A stretch of DNA of 64,000 bases from Okamejei kenojei (GCA_035221665.1 CM069149.1:44826001-44890000), one strand, 5' to 3'. Positions 1 to 14,000 are shown, numbered from the stretch's first letter. Notes: generated from the sequence alone by a model not told the origin. Numbers and translations: made by a program.

Positions 1-496
1 ATTTTGCTATAGAAGAGACTATTTAATATCTTGACATTGGTGGCTTTGCAGAGTTAGTCAGTAACGTTTGGCAATGATGTGGGAAAAGAAGCCTCACTGG
101 CGAAGCTCCTCCGGATACTTACAGAATTACTCATTAGATGGAGGTTGAAAATACATTATTTCCTGACTTACTTGAGGACTTCTGAAGATTCTCTGCAATA
201 ACTTTGAGGCGGGTGTGGGCCCAGTGTCAGTGAGGATGCTGAAATCCTTGAGTTTTCAGGCAGGTGTGGCTAGTGTAGATGGAGCATCTTGGTCATCATT
301 GACAAGTTGGGCCGAAGATCTGTATGACTCTATGACTCCAAGACTATTTGATTAATATGTATAGATATTTTTTCAAGATACTATATCAATAGATGATGGA
401 TATGTGAGTGATTTTCTAATGACATTTGATAAGAAGCTCGTTTTTAAAATGAAAAACGCAGCATATTATTTTGAAGCAAACACACAGAAAAGATAG

Positions 497-612
497 AATG
501 TGTAGGAAGCATATGGTCTGAAGAAGGGTCTCAACCCGAAACATCACCCATTCCTTCTCTCCAGAGAAGCTGCCTGACCCGCTGAGTTACTCCAGCGTTT
601 TGTGCGTTATGT
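497..612 (+). mobile_element. PLE terminal-repeat insertion with hammerhead motif (518-545)
   Basis: ctgaagaagggtctcaacccgaaacatc followed by the family body. 15-bp TSD acacagaaaagatag at 482-496 and 613-627. Confidence 0.8.
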
Positions 613-2254
613 ACACAGAAAAGATAGGTTAGGGTCATGAAAACCAAAAAATAGGTTGTTTTTTGGATTAGCTGAACTTGAACAGCAATAGAAGCAGCTG
701 TTCTTGGTGTGCAAAATAATTTGGGGTCAGATGCAAAGTACAACTATCAATAGGATATTGACTAAACAGTCATGTTCAGTCTTCTAGATTGTGGCTGAGT
801 AGGGAATGGGATTGGTGCAAAGGAACAAATATCGTGGTGGCAGTTAAAAGGGTAGATTCGGAGTTTCCTCACAATGTGAAACACTACCCAGAACACTACC
901 CACTCGCCAAGGACTGTCAATCCAAAATATGTCAATAAATGATTAACCCATGACCATTGATGTGGATATTGGAACAAATTCTCTTCAGCTGGGAAATTCC
1001 AAGTACTTTGGTTTTGCTCGTTTTTTAATCAATAATAATAGTCACTAGGAAAGCTGTTTAATGACCTATTGGTTGGTTGAGTTTTATGTGTTTTTTTCTG
1101 ATAGTCTGATATAAAATTTCAGTTGACCGAGGGGTGACTGCTCTGCTTCCAGTAATGAGGTCAGTGATTTCCTCAAAGTGCCATTGCAATGAGGCAGCAC
1201 AGGTGCTGGTCCTTGTAAATCGGATCCTTTACTGGGAGATCGATAAAGCCTTTACAGTTAATACACAGATATTCCATCTTATTTCCCATAATCTATCTTA
1301 TGCTGATGGATATTCAATTTCACATTTCCTGGAGTAAGCATATGGGGAAATGTACTTTGAAAGTAACACTACAGTAGTGCACTACTGGAAGACACCAACT
1401 TTGTAGTAGGAAATCTAAACAGAATTATACACTTGGTACTACATTCCTTGAATATCAGATGGAAGCAGGAAGGCAGTATATTTATCCCTATTTTAACCAA
1501 AGGAATACTAGAGTTAATTACAGTGTGCCAACTGTTGCCCCAATTGAGATCATTTAACTCTACTTCCTTTCTTGAAGATGGGAGTTATGATAACAGGCAT
1601 CTAATTAGAAAAATATTTGATTTTGTACTTATCCATTGGACGCATGGCTTATCTCATGTGCAACAGATTACACTTATCCATGGAGGAAATTCATATGGTG
1701 TTTGACAGTTGGCTTGCATTTCTTCTTAAAAACTCCGCCAGTTTTCAATATTGGTTTAGAATCTGAGTTTAAAAAATGCCCATTAACTGTATTGAAACTG
1801 GCATCAACCAAGTTGCAGTTTTTGGTGCCATGCTTTGGAAGCATCTTTTTTATAATTAGCATCTATTGATTTAATGGTCTCATGTAACGGTGCCTTTTAG
1901 TATCTACAAAACAGAAAGTTTTAGAAAATGAATGTATAGCTTTGAAAGCTAAAAATCATCTTGGGCAGGCAGGCTTTTCATGCCAGCTTAATTGTGTTGT
2001 GTCCAATCCTTCCACAGACAGGGCTGAAAAGGAGACAAGATTGCTCTTGTATAAAGCTGGTACATATTCAACAGGCCAAATGGCCTCTTCCTATGCTATA
2101 AGCATTCTGTAATTCAGGAAGCATTTAAAAGAACAAAACACTGTCTGTATCAATAGTTTTCATTTTTAAAAACCATCTTTCGAAACATTACAATCCCTAT
2201 AAAGTTAAAAACTGGTAGAAAAGTTAAATCTATAGCTGAGCTAATATTTTTAAA

Positions 2255-2445
2255 AAGGAGAGGTATTTGAGGCAGGTACGACTACAGCATTTAAAGACAT
2301 TTGCACAGGTGCATGGACAAGAAAGGTTCAGAATGATGTGGGCCAAACGTGAGAAAATGGGTCTATCTTTGATGGAGCATTTTGGTCGGCATGAATGAGT
2401 TGGGCCAAAGGGCCTGTTTCTGCATTGGATTACTCTGACTATGAT
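2255..2445 (+). mobile_element. CR1 3' end fragment
   Basis: gaggcaggtacgactacagcatttaaagaca...gggccaaagggcctgtttctg...ctctgactatg. Confidence 0.75.
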
Positions 2446-4627
2446 TAATGTCCATTTAGGTAGATAAATATCCAATACGTGTGTTCTTTTGATTTTAAAC
2501 CAATGTTGATTGACAAAGTACATTATGTTTGATTACACAGTTTCAATATCAAATTTGAGATAAAATTTGAGTTTGTATAAAATGAATTAAACGTGTGCTC
2601 AAGACAACAGCAAATTTATAAAGAAAGATCAGAAAGATGCACCTGTTGAAAAAAACACATCTTATTCTGGAACAGCTGTTAGATAAATTGAAGGAAGTTA
2701 AGTGAGTTAAATTCAATCAATTAAAAAGATCTACCATGGGTAAACTATGTGGCTATTGTTTTAAACATTTTTAATTTTCTCTCCTCTCCCATTGCTGGCA
2801 ATCTCTGTGCCGTGAACTATCGCTGCCAGGAAATTGAGCAAAGGATCTCCTTCTGGCACTGCACCATGTCTGGGAGAGCAGCCAGAACTGAGTTTTATAT
2901 TTCATCTCTGGCTTCAGCAGCCAGGAATAGAAAGAATGTCAGCTCTTGCTACGAGGAACCCCTGGAGTCACCGGGAGACACAGTTGCCGATGTTTGATGT
3001 GTGCTTTTTTAATCAGGAAATCTAAATTGGGTGATTTTCTTTTTGAAGTTCCTATTTCTATTTCACAAATTGAAATATCCATTTTCTTCAAATGTATTGC
3101 CTCCAATCTGTTACTGATTGATGAGCTGCCCAAGATTGTTGGTTGTCAGTCTGCAAAGCCAAACATTGCCATGAGCTTGTCCCATAATGGGAACTTCTCC
3201 AGGGTGCTGACTCCCCTGTGATAGATCAGGCTCTCCAACCTGATTAAAAGATCCATAATATTGCATTTGCAAATATTCAAAATATATCATAACTTAAACA
3301 TACTATTATAAATATTTAAATTTATTTTAAAATGTTTCACACACACCGTGACATGACTTCAAGGAGAATTGCTACAGTTGAGAAATCATCTGTGTTGGGG
3401 GTCCAGCGTTTACAGGTAAACCCCCACAACTGTCACATACCTTCTGGCATCATCCTTATAATGCTTTTGGGAGTGGTCGTTTTCCTGTGTTAAGGTTTAG
3501 CTTTCAGGAAATATTAGTAAGTCTGACCATTAGATATTCCCTCACTGAAGGGAAGATTGTAGATTGATGTTCGTAAAGTCGTGGTTGCGAAGGCAGGTAC
3601 TTCCACACGACAGTAAATGGAGGACTGAACTATTGTTCAGCTGGTTATTGGGAGCTTGCTTTAACTCTCCATTGGGAGAGGAGCTGCTCAGTTGTTGGTC
3701 TTTACTGTTCTATTGGCAAAGGCAACTGACTCAAGAAAATACTGCAAGTGGAGACGCAACAGTATAAGTTCATAATGTCTGGAACAAATTCCGTTGTTCC
3801 TGAAGAGGTTGTAAGAGGCGTGTGAAAATGAAAATGTCATATTAGAGCAGTGGGGAGAACTCAGTTCAGGTCAGTGGCTAAGATCCATTGCTAGTCCTAC
3901 ATGGAGAGTGTTTTCAGTTGCATATAAATGTTAAATTTCTGATTTGTTACAAATATTGAGCATTGGAATTTGATCAATTCTTGAGGTGCCCTTTTTTCTC
4001 ATCAACATGTAAAATTGATTAAGGGCCTGTGCAAGCTGTATTATCAGGAATCTTTTGTTCACTGAGATTTCTACAATTAGAACTATTTTAAGGGGACTGA
4101 TTTGCTTATTGTCTTCCGGACAAAAAGAATGATTTTGACTCTCCTTGAAATGAACAAAAAAGATGTTATGTTTTCTCTCAAGTCCTAAATTAAAAGAACT
4201 TGATCATCCAGTTGAGTTGTTGCTGGGGCAAAATAAATGACAGAAGCTAACAATACTCCCATTAAAATGAATTGATCCACGGATCATTACTGGACCCTTC
4301 TAATCAGCTCCTACTGGATACTCGTCAATTAAGTCTTGTGATTGAAAACATTTTTGTGACTCAAAATAGAAGGTTGGAGAGTAGTTTTTAAATGTGTAGA
4401 ACATATTCAATTTGTTTTTGTTCGACCAAATATCTCCCTCACAAAATCTGGAAAGCAAGGTTTGTTGGGGATTGTGATTATGATGTTTAATAAATGCTCA
4501 GACCACAATGGCATTGACGTCAAGATCCTTAGATCGAAATATTATGAAAATATATTGATTTAAAGATATGGTTTCCATAAGAAATTACTGGAATTTTACA
4601 GAGACGTTGAATGCTCAACAATTGGAC

Positions 4628-4754
4628 GGTCTGAAGAAGGGTCTCGACCCGAAAGGTCGCCTATCTCCTTCGCTCCTTAGATGCTGCTGCACCCGCTGAG
4701 TTTCTCCAGCCTTTTGTGTACCCTCGATTCTCCAGCATCTGCAGTTCCTTCTTT
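4628..4754 (+). mobile_element. PLE terminal-repeat insertion, young subfamily, hammerhead motif plus 3' tail
   Basis: Begins ggtctgaagaagggtctcgacccgaaaggtc. 11-bp TSD aacaattggac at 4617-4627 and 4755-4765. Confidence 0.85.
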
Positions 4755-4844
4755 AACAATTGGACAGATTGCTTTGTTCAAAATCAACTAGCTGAGAGAA
4801 ATATTTTCCTTTGTTATTCTGGTGGCACAGAAAATAATTGTTGG

Positions 4845-4935
4845 CTCTCCATAGATGCTGCCTCACCCACTGAGTTACTCCAGCATTTTGTGTCTACCTT
4901 TGATTTTACCAGCATCTGCAGTTCTATCTTACACA
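4845..4935 (+). mobile_element. 5'-truncated PLE terminal repeat
   Basis: ctccatagatgctgcctcaccc...ccagcatctgcagttc body and tail; aaataatt on both flanks. Confidence 0.75.
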
Positions 4936-7454
4936 AATAATTTTTGGAGTTAGGCTGTGATTTTTTTATTGATGGAAAAACATTCCGTGCATTCTGCTTC
5001 CATGTGAATGACACATTTAAAAAGAGAGTGGTTTGTAAAATCCTTGAAATAATATATGCAAGTTATGGATAGTTAAATGCCTTCTCTCTCCACCTAGCTA
5101 AATTTTTAACTATCTATCTGCTGCCTGCTTTCGCAGTACCAATTATTTTATTTCTATCTATTATACAAATATAATATATTACAATAGATCACAGCATAAG
5201 CTGTCTTGAATTTAGGGAACAAAGACTTTAAAAAAGAAACGGGGTCAGCTCACAAAAGGCACAGAGGCCCAGATATTCTGATCCAAGATGGGCCTTGCAG
5301 TTTTAGTAATGAATCTTTTACTGCAAACTTCATTTACACCTGAGGGCCAGACGACAAGTGTGAGAGACAAATGTTTGTTGTTCCAAACCTTGATTGAAAA
5401 TGTGCCCAGCCAGGATTAAAACTCCAGGTCAGGTTCAGGTGAGTTGGAATAGCCAGCAGCATAGTCTCTGTGCTGTGGCTATTTGCTGGAGGCAGAAGAG
5501 GGTAAAGAGATTAGGCAAGTATTATAAGGAAGAAACTGTGCTGAGCCTTGAATTAGGTCCAACTGGAGGTGGAATCACTCCTTTGCCTAGTGTATGGCTA
5601 TGACTGGACCAGTGCCCTGAGTTATGAGAGAGCTAATAGGTTTCATAGTGAGGGATTCGAGTGGGATTAAAGCCACCAAATATCGATAGTAGTATGAGGA
5701 GGTTTCAAGATTGAGCCATTTGTTGGAATTGGTGATAGGGAGATTAGAAATTGGCTCTGAGGATCGAGAGAGATTGAAACACTGGATGGTTGGGACCTGG
5801 TTTCACAGAAGGGGGACCAAAATCAATAAAGGGTTTACATTGTGGGGCTACCAGTCCAGATTTGTGCAGGCTATACCTAGTTGTCTGGTAGTGTTAAACA
5901 GCGGTACCTTCCAAGGTAACTTGGTCCAAGATTCCACCCACTTGCTGCAAGAAAATAGCACTGCAAGGAGAAAGATGGCCTTATGTGCGCCCTGATGCTG
6001 CAATCACAATGGCACAATGGTTACTCACACATGGTAGTTCTCAGTCAATTATCCAGTAGGACACATAACAGAAACCGACATTGTCACGATGGAGAAAACA
6101 GTTTTCAGTCACGTGGTGCTGATAAAACAGCTTTATGTGATTTAATTTCTGGTCAAGTATGTCTTTAGTGTCTTACTACATCAATCAATTGCTTTATATT
6201 CTCCTTACCCATTGTGAAATCATACAGTGTAACTTGAATTATGTTGTTTCTCCAAAAGATGATCTAATACTCTTTTTTTTTACTTCTCTGATTGTCCATA
6301 TTTTTCTTTTCTGCTCCTCACCTTCCAAACAGCCCCAGCAGCATCTGCCATGGAGCTGGTGAAGGGGTGGTGGAAGCGTTACTACTAAAATACTACCGAG
6401 CACAAACTGGTGACCTGTGTATCACCATAACACCCTATTTGTTGGCTTCTGGAAGCCTGTTAACTGCTAATGATGCCCGGACATGAAAAGCCGGCCCAGG
6501 GAGTGGCGCAGTTTTTTGCCATGATGTCTGTCAGCTTTTTCCTTTTCATATGGATGCAGTTAAGTGGGCCTCTTTGGAATGTAATTGGAGGGTGGTGGGG
6601 GTGGGAGGAAGACCGCCTAGGGCCATCCCCGAGGTACACCAGCAAAGCTGGACTCCAACATCCCAGGCACATTATTTATATGACCAGGAGCATGTGGCTT
6701 TGAGAATGAACATCAAAGTTTGTCTAGTACATCATAATTTACATCGGTGACAACTAAACCGGATAAAGGTCAGGAGGTGGCTGACTAACTGCTTTTTTTT
6801 TGAAGTATTGTTCCCCTCACAGATATTCCAAAAATCCTAATTGTTTCTTATTGAAACAAAGTGTATAACCTTGCCCTCAACATGAAAACAAATTACCCTG
6901 GGTAACATACAGATACAATGCACTAAAGATACAGCAGTGTCCACTGTTGAGTGAGAGGATACAGGTCCATTCCCTCCATTCTTCATGCAACCTCTTAATC
7001 TCAGCCATGCTGCTGTGATGGCGAGTGACCACGGTTATCTGGGAGGCAGGGTGTTGGTAAATTAAAAGAAAGAAAAATATTCCCTTTCTTAGATTTTAGT
7101 TTCGAATTGCACTCTACAACTTCCCCAATGTCTTTGTTGGAGAGGCAGCGGCTAATTTATCTGTCATTCATTCCCCTGTTTAAACTTCAAGCCAATATTT
7201 GCATTCGAGGGTTGCACGTGAAAAATAGCATGTTGGGTACGATACCAGCTGCCATTCCACACTTGTCAGTCAATAGTCTAACAGAATACAACATTTTAAG
7301 CGTGTAGAACCTATTTCCACACTGAAGTGCCCTTTTCAAAGTAAAAAATGCCAACCTGAATGGCGACAACTATCCTCTGCTCAACTAATCCTTCTCTCCT
7401 TCCTGCAGCCCCTTTAACAGTTAATCACCCCATTTTCTGCCAACACTTCTTTTT

Positions 7455-7770
7455 CCATTGTGCCACAAGGGTGGCAGAGCTGCTATGTCACTGGTTCAAT
7501 CGTGACTGCTTGGAGCTTGCACGCGCTCTATGTGACTGCATGGGCTTCCTCCAAGGGCTCCAGTTCCTTCACACATCCTGTGGGTGCACAGGTTAGTGGA
7601 TCAATTGGCCATGGTAAATTGCCCCTAGTGTGTAGAAGAGTGGTAGAATCTGGGGGAGGTTTTGAGAAAGTGCGGAGAATAAAGTGGGATTAATGTAGGA
7701 TCCGTGAGGATGCTTGATGGTAAGTGCAGATTTAATGGGCCAAAGTGATATTTTCTGTGCTCTATGACTG
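7455..7770 (+). mobile_element. Degenerate HE1-type (V-SINE) tRNA-derived SINE
   Basis: Decayed head ggttcaatc, central tggagcttgcacg...aaattgcccctagtgtg, CR1-like tail ctatgact. Confidence 0.65.
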
Positions 7771-8233
7771 AGTTTTAAAATGCTCCACTGTTTACAAAAA
7801 TGAAATAAGATTTTATGTGTGCTCCCGGGACTTCATCTTTCACATGCACTCCAGTGCTTCCAAATTATTGCTTCCATGCTCGTCAAAGACTCTGTTTCCT
7901 GACCACTGGCTCTGTCTCCCTCACTAGCTACTGCCTGAGGCACAGATTACTTACAAATGGTTTGGTCTTTTTCGCTTTGAACTGAGATTCCAACCCTTAT
8001 CCTCTCATTGGGACTGTCTTGATCCACCTCCAAACCAGTGCACAGCCAGACTCAGCTCATCTGTTGCTGATAGTTGTGTTACTACCAGACACAAGTATTC
8101 TAAAGCTCTCTTGGCTATCTTCCTGCATTCCAAAATCTATAATCCCATCCAAAGCTCTACTAACTGTATCCTAAATAGCATCAAGATTGTTCACCCAGAT
8201 TGGCATCATATCATCCTAAACCTTGTATTTACA

Positions 8234-8323
8234 GGGTACACAAAAAGCTGGAGAAACTCAGCGGGTGCAGCAGCATCTAAGGAGCGAAGGAGATAGGCGA
8301 CGTTTCGGGTCGAGACCCTTCTT
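8234..8323 (-). mobile_element. PLE terminal repeat, tail-less, truncated inside the hammerhead
   Basis: Reverse copy of the 4628 subfamily. TSD ccttg(t/a)atttaca at 8221-8233 and 8324-8336. Confidence 0.8.
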
Positions 8324-8496
8324 CCTTGAATTTACATCTGTCCATTGGTCATTGCATTTGAAAGGCCAATATGTCAGATACCAAGTTCAGGATTTCCTTC
8401 CCAAAACCCTCATACCCATCTTCTTGCCTATCACCAAAGCTTTTGATGCTGGACCTAATTTCTTCTTCTGGGAGCCGTTGTCAAATTTTGTCTGAT

Positions 8497-8803
8497 GATA
8501 GCGCAGTAACAGGCCCTTCGGCCCACCGAGTTCGCACCGACTAGTGATCCCCGCACATTGACATTATCCGACACATGCTAGGGACAATTCTTTTACATTT
8601 ATACGAGCCAAATAACCTACAAACCTGTATGTCTTTGGAGTGTGGGAGGAAACCGAAAATCACAGAGAAGCCGAAAATCCACGCGGTCACGGGGAGAACG
8701 TACAAACTGTACAGACTGCACCCGTAGTCGGGATCGAACCTGGGTCTCTGGCACTGTAAGCGCTGCACGGCAGCAACTCTACCGCTGTGTCACCGTGCCG
8801 CCC
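8497..8803 (-). mobile_element. HE1-type SINE, full length
   Basis: Minus strand starts gggcggcacggtg...ggtagagttgctgcc, B box ggttcgatccc, V-domain gtttgtacgttctccccgtgacc, tail gggccgaagggcctgtt. Confidence 0.9.
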
Positions 8804-8842
8804 GCTTTGTCTCTAAACTAAACTGTCTTATAATTCACATCT

Positions 8843-9090
8843 AGCTGGAGTAACTCAGTGGGACAGGGAGCATCTCTGGAGAGAAGGAATGGGTGACGTT
8901 TCGGGTCGAGACCCTTCTTCAGACTGGTTAAGGATAAGGGAAACGAGAGATATAGGCGATGATGTAGAGAAATAAATAACAGAAACGTCACCCATTCCTT
9001 CCCTCCAGAGATGCTGCCTGTCCGCTGAGTTTCTCCTGCTTTTTGTGTCTATCTTCGGTTTAAACCATCATCTGCAGTTCCTACCTACAC
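8843..9090. mobile_element. PLE inverted terminal-repeat pair
   Basis: Minus arm 8843-8980 includes the intact hammerhead; plus arm 8981-9090 carries the tail. TSD ataa(t/c)tcacat at 8830-8840 and 9091-9101. Confidence 0.8.
8891..8927 (-). ncRNA. Minimal type I hammerhead ribozyme motif with intact core, inside a PLE terminal repeat
   Basis: Minus strand reads ccagt-CTGAAGA-A-GGGTC-TC-GACCC-GAAA-CG-TC-accc: CUGANGA box, stem II hairpin, GAAA box, palindromic ACGU stem III and GUC cleavage triplet. Confidence 0.7.
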
Positions 9091-9851
9091 ATAACTCACA
9101 TTGTTGTGGTTGTTATAAAGAGAGGAGCAAAAAGGGGAATTCTGCCTCCCCACAAACCAGAATACATCTCAGAGAAGTAGGTAAAATAAATGCCTTGACA
9201 TCTCAGGTGGGGCATTACAGCTGGGCGAGTGCATTCTTTCTGCTAATGACATTAGATTTTTGAACAGAGAATAAAATTGATCTCCCTTTGGAGAAAAGAA
9301 ATTAAATTTCATTTTGAGGGACAGTGTAATTTTCTAACAACATAAAAGCAGAAACTAGGAACTGCATATGCTATAGAGTTTACTGTAGAGTTGCTTAGCA
9401 CTACTAACATAAAAGCAGGTTTTGTTGTATCAATCAAACTTTTCTTGTCACATTTATGATAGTTCCTGGATCTTGTTTGTTCAGCTGGAAATTCTCCCTA
9501 ATACCATTCTAACTAGTCTCTACGTGAAAGGGCATGGTGACAACCTTCACAGCCTCACTTGCCTGTAGACAACGGCATATCAAAGTCAGCAAATGATACA
9601 GAACTTTGCAAAGCAAGGGTAATGATTATTACCATTAAAACCTATTGAATTACCAGGTACAGAGAACTTGTGGGAAGAAGTGTAATTTGATGCCCTTAGA
9701 AAAGACTGATTTTGAAAAGCAATCTTCAATGAAAAATCACAATTATGTGTGAATGGCTCTTGGTATCCATTAACAAAATGTGGCACAGACTTTTAAAAAT
9801 GCAAACGAAGCTCAAAAAGAATAAATACAAAAGTACCCAATTGAGTACTAC

Positions 9852-9967
9852 AGGTAGATAAAAACGTCACCCATTCCTTCGCTCCATAGATGCTGCCTCA
9901 CCCGCCGGGTTTCTCCAGCATTTTCATCTACCTTCGATTTTTCCAGCATCTGCAGTTCCTTCTTAAA
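9852..9967 (+). mobile_element. PLE terminal repeat with short inverted stub
   Basis: aggtagataaaa stub, then acgtcacccattcc... body and tail. 14-bp TSD caattgagtactac at 9838-9851 and 9968-9981. Confidence 0.85.
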
Positions 9968-10271
9968 CAATTGAGTACTACTAATCAGTGGATATTCCTC
10001 ACTGGAAAACTGAAGTCACTGTCCTTCAGTTGGCTATTAAGTGCTTCGAAGGATTGCAGGCAATGCTCATTATGATATTACTAGGGATGTCGGGTGTTAT
10101 CTGTGAAAGAGGATGGGAAAGTTAAGATTGTTTCAGTGGGATAAGATTAAACTGTGAGCTAACAGAGATTTTCAACATAATGTGCAGTGTTCATAGATTG
10201 CAGAAAACTACTCCTCCCACGAGTGAGTTTGTGACCCAAGATTGTGCATTTATAATTAACAGTAAGAAATG

Positions 10272-10720
10272 TGTTTAGTTCAGAGATATAGCAATGGAAA
10301 CAGGCCCTTCAGCCCATGGAGTCCACATCGACCATTGATCCCCATACACCAGTTCTATGCTATCCCACTTTCACATCCTACCCACTGGGGGCAATTCATG
10401 TGGTGACTCTTTGCACACTTTGGGTGTACAAAACAAAGAATATCATTGTGACTGGTCACCTGTGACAATAAGGTATCATGCATTAATTCATTCAATGTTA
10501 TGCAACATTCTCATCCACTATCCACACACCAGGGGCCATTTACACAGGCCAATTAACCTGCAAACCTGCATGTCTTTGGAATGTGGGAGGAAACCAGAGC
10601 ACCCGGAGAAAACCCATGCAGTCACAAGGAGAATGTACAAACTCCACACAGACAGCACCCATAGTCAGGATCGCACCTGCGTCTTTGGCACTGTAAGGCA
10701 GCAACTCTGCCACTCTACGA
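10272..10720 (-). mobile_element. HE1-type SINE interrupted by a Rex1/Babar-type 3' tail (about 10405-10495)
   Basis: SINE tail, body and head are recognisable; the insert ends gtgacaataagg...cattcattcaat. Confidence 0.75.
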
Positions 10721-11551
10721 ATGTAAAGCAAGGATCTATTTTCATTTGCTTTTGGTCCCACGTGAACAGTTCTGTTAGCCAAGGCAATGAAAGGTGATGC
10801 CATAAATAAATTTAAACCAGAAATGGCCAGGTAGTCGATGATTGCAAGATTTACAAGTTGCAGTGGCAAAAGGACATCTGCTCATTCAAAGAGTCAGCAT
10901 GGACATGGAAATGCAGTAGGTTTCCTCAGTTGCTACTAGTTTCTATGATTCTTTGTTTCATTATTAATGATGGTCTCATTGTGTCTAATGCACTCCTGTT
11001 GCCCAAAGGGTGGACTGTTTGTAACATTCACAGCACACAACAGTTATACAACGGCTTCATAATCCATTCTAATTTACACCTATATGTTACTAGCAGAATA
11101 AAACAATACACTTCATGTATGCTATTAAGTTCAAGTAATCACATCCATTTCATGATAACCCAAAGATGAAACTCACTGCTGAGAAAAGGCTACTACAGAC
11201 TACTGTAAATCTTTTTGATGGAACTCACTCCCTGAAGAAGCTGAAAGGCTTCTGGCTTTTGTCAAATGCCGTTCCTCTGAGTAATAAATGTCATAGTGCA
11301 AAGAACAAAAGGAACAAAATGCATGCAGGTTTGTAACTTTCAAAAAATGATGTGTAAAAATTCATTGAAATAGTTCAAAAGCATTTCACCTCACTACCTC
11401 AAATGGACATTTACTTCCATGTTATTAAATAGTCCACATCATTGTTACCATTGTCCCATATTCTTTAATCTCCTTTTCCAGGCTTCACCCATCTAATCTA
11501 ATTTTGAATGTTGGCAAAGTGTTGTCCATAGCCACTGCACAGTCCCTCAAA

Positions 11552-11849
11552 GTTTAGTTTAGTTCGGAGGTACAGCATGGAAACAGGCCATTCGGCCCAC
11601 CAAGTCAACGTGGGCCATCGATTACCCATTCACAATAATTCAATGTTACACACTACCAGCTTTTTACAGAGCCGGATTAATCTACAAACTCTAATTTCTT
11701 GGGTGGAAACTGGAGCACCCAGAGGAAACCCATGCGGTCACAGGGAGAATATGCAAACTGCGCGCTGACAGAACCCGGGGTCAGGATCGAACCAGGGTCT
11801 CTAGCGCTGTGAGGCACAAGCTCTACCAGCAGCGCTACTGTGCCGCCCC
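11552..11849 (-). mobile_element. HE1-type SINE
   Basis: (tttag)n tail, gtcaggatcgaacc B box, ends gtgccgccc. Confidence 0.85.
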
Positions 11850-11859
11850 TGTGCACATA

Positions 11860-12108
11860 GATCCTGACTACAGGTGCTGTCTGTATGGAGTTTGTACGTT
11901 CTCCCCGTGACCTACGTGGGTTTTCTCCGAGATCTTCGGTTTCCTCCCACACTCCAAAGACGTACAGGTTTGTAGGTTAATTGGCTTGGTAAATGTAAAA
12001 ATTGTCTCTAGTGTGGGTAGGACAGTGTTAATATGCGGGGTTCGCTGGTTGGCACGGACTCGGTGGGCCGAAGGGCGCTGTATCTCTAAATAAAATAAAC
12101 TAAACAAA
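11860..12108 (+). mobile_element. 5'-truncated HE1-type SINE, opposite orientation to its neighbour
   Basis: gatcctgactacaggtgctgtctgtatggagtttgtacgttctccccgtgacc...ctctaaataaaataaactaaac. Confidence 0.9.
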
Positions 12109-13304
12109 ATAAATTCCATAACAATTTCCTATGAAGTTAATTCTCCTAATCCTTACATTTAACTTATATCAGCTCCCCTTCTAAGTACTCCCCCACAGCA
12201 CGGTCAAGATCTTCTGGTTTTGGAAATCATCTGCTTCTGATATTGCTGCCCAGTGTCTTCTAAATTTTAAACATTTCCTTACTATCTTTATTAATCTGCT
12301 GGGGGTTAAGGGGAGAAGGTAGGAGAGTGGGTTTGAGAGGGAAAGATAGATCAGCCATGATTGAATGGCAGAGTAATCTCAATGGGCCAAATGGCCTAAT
12401 TCTGCTCCTGTAATTTATGAACTTTTTCAAATCAAAATTGCGCTCAGTCATTGTCCAATGGCCGAGTTCTGTGTGACATTGTGTATCGGTATTATGCTAA
12501 GATCCTGTACCAGCACAAATACTTATTTGGTTATGTTTAAATGTCACCCTGTATGTATCCGAGACATGCAGAGAGGAACCTTCACCCTTAACCGAATGAC
12601 AATACTTCATCAGCTAATTTTTGCTTCTCATGTTTTTCCCAAGATGGTACTGGTGAGAAATTGATTTTCTTTGCAGGAAAAAGGAAAGAAAATACACCTG
12701 TTTTCAGAAAGAAAACAAATGTAAATCACTGGGGAAATGACTTTGTGACAGGATAAAAACTCCGCTCTCAATAATTAAATTTCTAAAAAACAACCAGAAA
12801 TGGAAGTTGGGACAGCCAGAGTTTTAATGCTGAATTTCAGAACTTTAAGAATTGTCTTAAGGATTGGCCAGTTGTATTTAGTGCTATGTTTCGATTTTCA
12901 TATTTTTATGAAGGAGTTCTTAAAAACTTGGGTGTATAGTGTGAATAGAACTGCAGCGACATGCACGAACAGTTGGTTGACAAGCTTAAAACAACATGTT
13001 TCAAAGATTAGTGAAAATTGGTCATTGAATTGGAAAGAGAGCAATGCTGGTTCTCCCTTTTTCAAAGTATATCAATGTCTTCAGCTTGGGCATAATTTAC
13101 TAGTTTTCTAAACAATACTTGGAGTTTCACAAACAACTTTGAGTATTTGGGAGACATTGGTATAGGCTGCTGGTGACGGCCTTTAAATAAAAACGAATTA
13201 TAGAAGGCAGTCAAGTAGTGTACTGGTAGTTTTGAAGAACATTTTCCACTGAGGACCAAGAAGAAGGGGATGATGAAGGAACAGGGAGTATTGGTAGGAG
13301 GAAA

Positions 13305-13430
13305 GTTCATAAGTGATAGGAGCAGAATTAGGCCATTTGGCCCATCAAGTCTACTCTACCATTCAATCATGGCTGATCTATCTTCCCATCTTAAATCCAT
13401 TCTCCTACCTTCTCCCCATAACCATTGACT
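13305..13430 (-). mobile_element. CR1 3' tail fragment
   Basis: ataggagcagaattaggccatttggcccatcaag...caatcatggctgatcta; a + strand counterpart lies at about 12300-12425. Confidence 0.75.
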
Positions 13431-14000
13431 AAATAACAGAAGAGCACAGTGTCCTATTGCCCACAGCCTGCAGCTCCTACACCATAGCCACGAGAAGGCA
13501 CAGGAAGGTAATTGCATCCGTAAAGGTGAGCAGGTTCTGTAGCAGCAGAGCAGCTGCAGAAAAGGCTGCCAACTGGCTGAGGGGAACATCATGGGACTCA
13601 CAAGGCCTTCAGTCTGGCCACACTGCCACATAAACTCCTCAATCCCCTTTTGTAATTACTGGCACAGATGGAGCTCTCTGTTCTGCCACTTTCCCTCAGT
13701 TCCAGGCAGACGTAGACCGCAGCAATGTGTATTGCGAGACCATGCTACAAGAAGTATGCAGAGCATTAAACTCTGACGGGCATGAGCAGGCAGCTGCACA
13801 TCACTGCAGCCTTAGGCACCCTTGCATTCATATCTGCACATGACAACTTGCTGCCTGTTTTGCTCCCTGTTTTTGTTGGGAGTCGTAAACAAAATTCTAA
13901 GTGTAATTATAAAAATGAATGCATCTCTGAGACAAATAATTTTAGTCCATCACCTCTGTGATTTTTCTGACAGCATTTGTACAAATTTGACAAGATTTGT

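Noticed and set aside
2730-3230. Possible conserved non-coding element or cryptic exon in non-repetitive sequence (also 13430-13830)
   Set aside because: No recognisable protein match or convincing splice pair, and conservation cannot be judged without alignments.
8720-8803. tRNA genes at SINE heads (A/B box motifs)
   Set aside because: Each is continuous with a SINE body and LINE-derived tail, and no full cloverleaf is evident.
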